Shown here: piece after piece, positions 58,496-64,000 of the stretch
Layout: each line of letters begins with the position of its first letter
Numbering within the stretch: position 1 is the first letter of the stretch
NCBI GenBank assembly: GCA_017445245.1
Contig: JAFSUM010000010.1
Location: 1,008-65,007, forward strand
DNA: 64,000 nt
Source of the DNA: Bacilli bacterium
GTDB taxonomy: Bacteria > Bacillota_I > Bacilli_A > RFN20 > CAG-826
Direction of reading: 5' to 3'
Position numbers and translations under genes: made by a program
The notes under the pieces: generated by a model
What the model was told of the DNA's origin: nothing
Seen by the model: only the letters and a program-made list of their open reading frames with translations
The model's database searches: none

Positions 58496-59671
58496 ATGAA
58501 CGCGAACATCGTCTATTTCCAATCCGGCGGCCCTACTGCCGTTATCAACGCTTCTTTCCTCGGCCTAATCGAAGCCTATAGGAAGTTAAACCTAAAAGGA
58601 CATGTATATATTTCCCGTTATGGCGTGGACGGGCTTCTAAACGGCGAACTCGAAGAAGTCGATCCTGCGAACCCACCTAAACTCGAATACCGCCCAGGTT
58701 CCTATTTTGGTTCCTTACGCCTCAAGTTAGACCCAAACCCTCGTGGTCCCCAAGCCGAAGCTATTATCGCCACGATAAAGAAATACGGCATCGACTTCGT
58801 CTTCCCTAACGGTGGCAACGACTCCATGGATACAACATCCAAGATCGCGTCTTTCGTCAAAGAACATAACCTCTCCACCCGCGTCGTCGGTATCCCCAAG
58901 ACCGTCGATAACGATCTTTATGGCTGCGACCATACGCCAGGATTTGGCACGGCGGCTAAATACGTCGCGAATGCCGTCCTAGCCGTTGCCATGGACGATC
59001 TCACCTACCAAAAAGGCAGGGTCAACATCATCGAAACCATGGGCAGGGATTCAGGATTCCTCGCCGCTTCCGCGCGCTTAGCCGCCCTAAAAGGCCTTGC
59101 CCCCGATTATATCTACGTCCCTGAAATCCCTTTTGAAATCCCTCTCTTTTTGCAAAAGTGCAAGAAAACCTATCAAGAAAAAGGCCGTTGCTTGGTTGTC
59201 GTATCCGAAGGGATCCGCGATAAAGAAGGCACCCTCATCGCGACCGCTTCTTCTAGGCAAGACGAATTCGGCCATAGCCAAGTCGGAGGCGTTTCTTCTT
59301 ATCTAGCCTCTTTAATCGAAAAAGAAGGCATCAAGGCCAGAGGCATCGAATTGTCCGTCTTGAACCGGGCTTCTAGTTTCTTTCCTAGCCTTACCGATAT
59401 CGAAGAAGCCAAAGCCTCAGCAGCCTATGCCTTAGAAGCCGCCCTAAGAGGCGAAACCGCGCGCATGGTCTGCATCAAACGAAAAGTTGGCCTCCCCTAC
59501 CAAGTCGATTACGAAACGAGAGACATCAAAGAAATCGCGAACCAGGTCGTCTATTTGCCCCGTACCTATATCAATAAAGAAGGCGACAACATCCTTGATG
59601 CCTTTATCGATTACTGCGCACCCTTAATTAAAGGCAACGCGATGCCCTTGGATGATAACTGGCTTCTTTAA
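58496..59671 (+). CDS. Phosphofructokinase (likely PPi-dependent)
   Basis: QSGGPTAVINAS, GGNDS, PKTVDND, ETMGR; Asp/Lys signature suggests PPi use. Confidence 0.9.
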   Translation: MNANIVYFQSGGPTAVINASFLGLIEAYRKLNLKGHVYISRYGVDGLLNGELEEVDPANPPKLEYRPGSYFGSLRLKLDPNPRGPQAEAIIATIKKYGIDFVFPNGGNDSMDTTSKIASFVKEHNLSTRVVGIPKTVDNDLYGCDHTPGFGTAAKYVANAVLAVAMDDLTYQKGRVNIIETMGRDSGFLAASARLAALKGLAPDYIYVPEIPFEIPLFLQKCKKTYQEKGRCLVVVSEGIRDKEGTLIATASSRQDEFGHSQVGGVSSYLASLIEKEGIKARGIELSVLNRASSFFPSLTDIEEAKASAAYALEAALRGETARMVCIKRKVGLPYQVDYETRDIKEIANQVVYLPRTYINKEGDNILDAFIDYCAPLIKGNAMPLDDNWLL

Positions 59672-60765
59672 AGCCGGTAGTCCAAATAAATACCCGGGCG
59701 GATACACACGCTTTCTACGGTGACGAAATAATCCGAATTCCTTCTCCCTTTATAAGAGTTATAGCAAGCCCAGTCTTCACTTTGGTTTGACGGCGAACGC
59801 ATCCACCAATTACCGTAATCGACATAATCAGATGCCTTCGCGGCCCACGCGCCCCTCGCCCTTGCATAATCAGAGACCATGGCAACGCGCGAACCCTCGC
59901 TATTGAGGTATGGGGTCCTGCCACATTCGTCATAAGAAAAGGCAAAGATCTTATCTTGCGTATTGGGGCAAGCATAAGTCGCATTACCCCCAGGAATTGA
60001 AGAAGCGCTGTTATCGACGGTCACCGTCGGAATGTATTGATCATTTAAAGCAAAAGCCGTGTTATAGAAAGAAACGGTCAGCTGATTTCGTAACGAAGAA
60101 TACATGTAGTTATTCGGATAAACCGTCGAACCCGATATCGTGCGGTTATTCCTCGAAGAATAATAACAATCCGCCTTGTCTAAAAGCCCTCCCGTTACCA
60201 AGAGGTGACGGTTGTTATTAGAGGTCAGAATGCGCCAGGTAATCGGCTGGACCAAAAACCAATACGTCTCGCCCTTTTTAATCGCCGTCCCGTCGATAAA
60301 GTATTCGTAGGCACCATCCAGTGCCGATTCATAAGGCGTAGCGATGACTTTGGCGTAATACTCGCCTTTATATTGATACCAACCGTTTAAACAGATATCG
60401 TGGGAATCTAGAGTCGTTAAGCCCGCGATGGTCGCTTTGCTCGTAACGAGGTCCTGTGGATATAAACCATAGGTGAGGCCGTTAGTATGTTCAATCTGCG
60501 TTGGCGTGATGCCTAACTTCACCTTTTCTTCCGGCGTGTAATAGGTAGAACTTGTCCGCGAACTCGTCCCAGATGGTCTGCTGCTAGAAGAAGGAACCGT
60601 CCACGTCGGCGTGCTTGTGGAGCGGGATTGGCTAGACACCACAAAAGGACCCGAGACGACCGAAGAAGACGAGGAGACATGAAAGATATCGTAAGACGAT
60701 CCGCCCCCACCGCAGCCAGATAACGCCAAGGCCAATAAAGGTAACGCAAATTTAACGTGGTTCAT
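59668..60765 (-). CDS. Lipoprotein, Ser/Thr-rich N-terminus, DUF6273-like domain
   Basis: LALSG-C lipobox; YGLYPQ, QPITWRIL, NNYMYSSLR, WWMRSP, IRP. Confidence 0.75.
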   Translation of the reverse strand: MNHVKFALPLLALALSGCGGGGSSYDIFHVSSSSSVVSGPFVVSSQSRSTSTPTWTVPSSSSRPSGTSSRTSSTYYTPEEKVKLGITPTQIEHTNGLTYGLYPQDLVTSKATIAGLTTLDSHDICLNGWYQYKGEYYAKVIATPYESALDGAYEYFIDGTAIKKGETYWFLVQPITWRILTSNNNRHLLVTGGLLDKADCYYSSRNNRTISGSTVYPNNYMYSSLRNQLTVSFYNTAFALNDQYIPTVTVDNSASSIPGGNATYACPNTQDKIFAFSYDECGRTPYLNSEGSRVAMVSDYARARGAWAAKASDYVDYGNWWMRSPSNQSEDWACYNSYKGRRNSDYFVTVESVCIRPGIYLDYRL

Positions 60766-60904
60766 CGCCTTATGTTGGAAGAGGAAAACGCACCCGTCAA
60801 TCAGGCTCGTGAACCACTTAACACTAAATAGGCGATTATTCCTAATCTAGATAGATTAAGATAGTAACGAAACGATATGTTTAATCATATCAACCACCCC
60901 CAAG

Positions 60905-60931
60905 AAAAAACCGAACCCTTTCGAATTCGGC
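60905..60931 (-). terminator. Intrinsic terminator after galE
   Basis: Minus strand GCCGAATTC-GAAA-GGGTTCGGT followed by T run. Confidence 0.75.
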
Positions 60932-60944
60932 TTCCTCGTTTCTA

Positions 60945-61958
60945 TTATTCGATTCCGTTTGGATTTTTCTTTTGGAAGTTATAGGCATCCCTACAGGCAT
61001 CGACGACATCGAACTTAGCCTTCCAGCCGAGTTCTTTGGCCGCTTTATCGCAATTGGCGTAATTCTCCGCGACATCCCCTGGCCTGACAGGATAGATGAT
61101 ATAGGGGATCTTGACCCCCGTAGCCTTTTCAAAGGCGTGGACCATCTCAAGAACCGATGTCCCCTTGCCCGTGCCAAGGTTATAAATCACGAGCCCTGGA
61201 TTCTGGGCAAGCTTCTTAAGCGTCGCGACATGCCCTTCCGCCAAGTCGAGGACATGGATGTAATCGCGGATACCCGTGCCGTCCGGCGTCGGATACGTAT
61301 TGCCCCAAACGCGGAGATGATCGCGCTTACCAATGGCCACCTGGGTGATATAGGGCATGAGGTTATTGGGGATGCCATTGGGATCTTCGCCTAATAGGCC
61401 AGACGGATGGCCGCCGATCGGGTTGAAATAACGAAGCAAGGCCACGTTAAGTTCGGGCCAACTTTTCTGGACGTCCATCAGGATGTGTTCGATCATGACC
61501 TTCGTCTCGCCATAGGGGTTCGTCGCATGGCCTACGGGGTCGGTTTCCACCAAAGGAACATGCTCGGGCACGCCGTAAACGGTCGCGGAAGAAGAGAAAA
61601 CGATATTATGGCAATCAAATTTCCGCATCGCGTCGAGCAGGTTCATCGTCGAGAGGAGGTTATTATGGTAATACATCAGCGGCTTTTCGACCGATTCGCC
61701 GACGGCTTTTAAGCCCGCGAAATGGATGACCGCCTCGGGGCGTTCTTTTTCCATGACGTCGGTAATCGCATCCAAGTTGCAAAGGTCGATCTTGTAGAAG
61801 CGCGGACGGACGTTGGTGATGCCTTCGATACGGTCCAAAACGGCCAATTTGGAATTGGAAAGGTTATCGACGATGACGGCTTCATGGCCGGCTTCGATGA
61901 GTTTGACCACGGTTTCGCTTCCGATGAAACCAAGGCCTCCGGTAACTAAAGTTTTCAT
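60945..61958 (-). CDS. galE: UDP-glucose 4-epimerase
   Basis: GGLGFIGS, HFAGLKAVGES, YGETK, LRYFNP, PNNLMPY, RDYIHV. Confidence 0.97.
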   Translation of the reverse strand: MKTLVTGGLGFIGSETVVKLIEAGHEAVIVDNLSNSKLAVLDRIEGITNVRPRFYKIDLCNLDAITDVMEKERPEAVIHFAGLKAVGESVEKPLMYYHNNLLSTMNLLDAMRKFDCHNIVFSSSATVYGVPEHVPLVETDPVGHATNPYGETKVMIEHILMDVQKSWPELNVALLRYFNPIGGHPSGLLGEDPNGIPNNLMPYITQVAIGKRDHLRVWGNTYPTPDGTGIRDYIHVLDLAEGHVATLKKLAQNPGLVIYNLGTGKGTSVLEMVHAFEKATGVKIPYIIYPVRPGDVAENYANCDKAAKELGWKAKFDVVDACRDAYNFQKKNPNGIE

Positions 61959-61975
61959 TCGTTGTTCCTTTGTTA

Positions 61976-63406
61976 TTAACGTTTCTTGAGTTCTTCGAGC
62001 ATGACCTTACTTACGGCACTAGGATTGACCTTACCCTTCGCGGCCTTCATGACCTGGCCCACAAGGAAACCAAGGGCCCTATCTTTGCCCGCCTTGAAGT
62101 CAGCGATCGACTGCGGGTTGGCCGCGAGGACATCGTTCACGAAGGCCAAAACAAGACCATCGTCGTTGGATTGCTTTTCGATGTGCAAGGCCTCTAAGGC
62201 GCCTTTTGGATTTACGTCCTGATTCTCTAAAAGATAATTCAACGCCTGCATGACTTGTTTATGGGTAAAGCCGTCTTCTTGTAGTCCCGCGAGTTCGTTT
62301 AAATAAGCGGGTTTTAACGGGAATTCCTCGATAGAAATGCCATTTTTATTGAGATATGCATTCACGTCGGAGATGAGGAAGTTAGCCACCGTCTTCGCAA
62401 ATTTGCCTCCAATGGAAGCCTCTTCGAAGTATTTGGCCATAGCTAGGCTAGAGAGAAGGATATCCGCATCGACCTCACTTAAGCCAAGAGCCACATAACG
62501 TGCCTTCTTGGAGTCGTAGAGTTCGGGGCAAGTATCGATCGCGTTCTGAACGAATTCGGGGGAGAGGCGGATGGGCGTGATGTTCGGTTCGGGGAAATAC
62601 TTGTAGTCGACCGCATCGGTCTTCACGCGCATGAGGACGGTCTTGCCACTGGCCTCGTCATAACGCCTTGTCTCTTGCTGGACTTTGCCTCCCGATAAGA
62701 GAATCGCACTTTGGCGAAGAATCTCGTAGTCGAGCGCGCTTTCGATGTTTTTGGTGGAGTTGAGGTTCTTGATTTCGACCTTGGTGCCGAATTTCTTCGT
62801 GCCATAGGGGCGGAGGGAGACGTTCACGTCGCAGCGTAAGCTCCCCTCCTCCATTTTGCCATCGGACGTACCCGAGAAGAGGACGATGTTACGGATGGCT
62901 TCCACGTAACGCATAGCCTCGGTGCCATTACGCATTTCGGGGTGCGAGACGATTTCGATAAGCGGCACGCCAGCACGGTTATAGTCTAGAAGCGAATAGG
63001 AAGCGAAATGGAGCTGCTTGCACGTATCTTCTTCCATGTGGATGCGTTCGATGCCGATGCGCTTGAGTTCGCCATCGCGGCCCTTGATTTCCAAATACCC
63101 TTCCCGTCCGATCGGATGGAACTGCTGGGTGATTTGGAAGCCCTTGGGAAGGTCGGCGTAGAAATAGTTCTTGCGGTCAAACCGAACGAGAGGGTCGATC
63201 GTCATATGCAAGGCGTTCGCGACGCGGATGGCGTTGATGACCGCGGCTTTATTGACGCGGGGCATCGTGCCAGGATAGGCCATGTCGAAACAGGTGACTT
63301 CCGTATTGGGGAAGCGGGTGAAACTATTGGGCGAGGAGGAGAACATCTTCGACCTCGTCTTCATCTCGACGTGGATTTCTAGACCAATAACAGCTTCGAA
63401 GTTCAT
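61976..63406 (-). CDS. gatB: Asp/Glu-tRNA amidotransferase subunit B
   Basis: IGLEIHVE, FDRKNYFY.DLPKGFQITQ, GSLRCDVN, QETR, YFPEP, GQVMK. Confidence 0.97.
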   Translation of the reverse strand: MNFEAVIGLEIHVEMKTRSKMFSSSPNSFTRFPNTEVTCFDMAYPGTMPRVNKAAVINAIRVANALHMTIDPLVRFDRKNYFYADLPKGFQITQQFHPIGREGYLEIKGRDGELKRIGIERIHMEEDTCKQLHFASYSLLDYNRAGVPLIEIVSHPEMRNGTEAMRYVEAIRNIVLFSGTSDGKMEEGSLRCDVNVSLRPYGTKKFGTKVEIKNLNSTKNIESALDYEILRQSAILLSGGKVQQETRRYDEASGKTVLMRVKTDAVDYKYFPEPNITPIRLSPEFVQNAIDTCPELYDSKKARYVALGLSEVDADILLSSLAMAKYFEEASIGGKFAKTVANFLISDVNAYLNKNGISIEEFPLKPAYLNELAGLQEDGFTHKQVMQALNYLLENQDVNPKGALEALHIEKQSNDDGLVLAFVNDVLAANPQSIADFKAGKDRALGFLVGQVMKAAKGKVNPSAVSKVMLEELKKR

Positions 63407-63407
63407 C

Positions 63408-64000
63408 TTATTTATCCTCCTTTCCATAATAGGAGCCCTCTAGGCCCGTCGAATCACTGACAAGGCGGCAGGCTTGGAAGAGCTCTTCTTCTTCAAAAGC
63501 GCGTCCCATGAGGTTCACGCCAAAAGGCATGCCCTCTTCGTAACCTAGAGGCAACGTCACCGAAGGGAGGCCCGCGAAATTGCCGAGGGCGAGGTGATTA
63601 TCCGCGATGAGATATTCATCGCTTAGTTTATCGCTAGATTGCCCAAGTTTCGGGGCGATAGACGGGGCTGCGGGAACGAGGATAAAGTCCACGTCTTTTA
63701 GAATTTCATTCGTTTTTGCAACGATTTTGGCGCGATTACGCTGAGCGCGGAGGAACAAAACGTCCTGATTTTCCGCCATAAGGCAGAAGCTACCGATCAC
63801 GAAGCGGCGCTTGATAAGTTCGCTGAAACCCTTGGTCCTGGCGTTGAACATGACCTCTTGGTACGTCTTGCCTTCGTAATAGGGGCCGAACTTGATACCG
63901 TCGAGATTCGCGTCGTTGCTGGTCGCCTCGGCGCAGGAGATGACGATATAGGTCGCATAGATCGATTCGAGGGCTTCTTTGCCAAAGGGAACATAAGTAA
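63408..64000 (-). CDS. gatA: Asp/Glu-tRNA amidotransferase subunit A (partial, start beyond right edge)
   Basis: AEATSNDANLDGIKFG, KRRFVIG, NFAGLPSVTLP; directly upstream of gatB. Confidence 0.92.
   Translation of the reverse strand, partial: TYVPFGKEALESIYATYIVISCAEATSNDANLDGIKFGPYYEGKTYQEVMFNARTKGFSELIKRRFVIGSFCLMAENQDVLFLRAQRNRAKIVAKTNEILKDVDFILVPAAPSIAPKLGQSSDKLSDEYLIADNHLALGNFAGLPSVTLPLGYEEGMPFGVNLMGRAFEEEELFQACRLVSDSTGLEGSYYGKEDK

Noticed and set aside
90-63994. Numerous short antisense or nested ORFs in the six-frame track
   Set aside because: They overlap well-supported genes and show no motifs or RBS; treated as shadow ORFs

Overview
Bacterial chromosome segment (standard genetic code; the gene style suggests a gut/rumen Bacilli lineage, which is inference). 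Bases 1-42,860 are a large surface-polysaccharide locus of about 36 genes: many GT2/GT4/GT8/GT14 glycosyltransferases, glf, fnlABC (UDP-L-FucNAc), a split transketolase plus an SDR, an IspD-like/reductase pair, two priming sugar transferases, a PglK-like ABC exporter, an O-antigen-ligase-like protein, a glucuronyl C5-epimerase, a sulfotransferase-like protein and an apparent Wzy-Wzx fusion. The locus is split into about 12 blocks of alternating orientation, several starting at leaderless-type promoters. Bases 43,200-58,400 are an accessory region: ald; a Schlafen/AlbA_2-HATPase-HTH gene bracketed by two 77-bp hairpin-forming direct repeats; a GNAT; an orphan RelB/DinJ; an AAA_14/DUF4143 ATPase; a 1429-aa surface endonuclease I; and a convergent four-gene block of two paralogous DUF3990 (ADP-ribosyltransferase-like) + partner pairs in which the HTH domain sits on opposite members. 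The right end is housekeeping (pfk, galE, gatB, partial gatA). Best candidates for an undescribed system: the twin DUF3990 module and the repeat-bracketed Schlafen-domain gene. All family calls come from motif recognition only; no searches were run.
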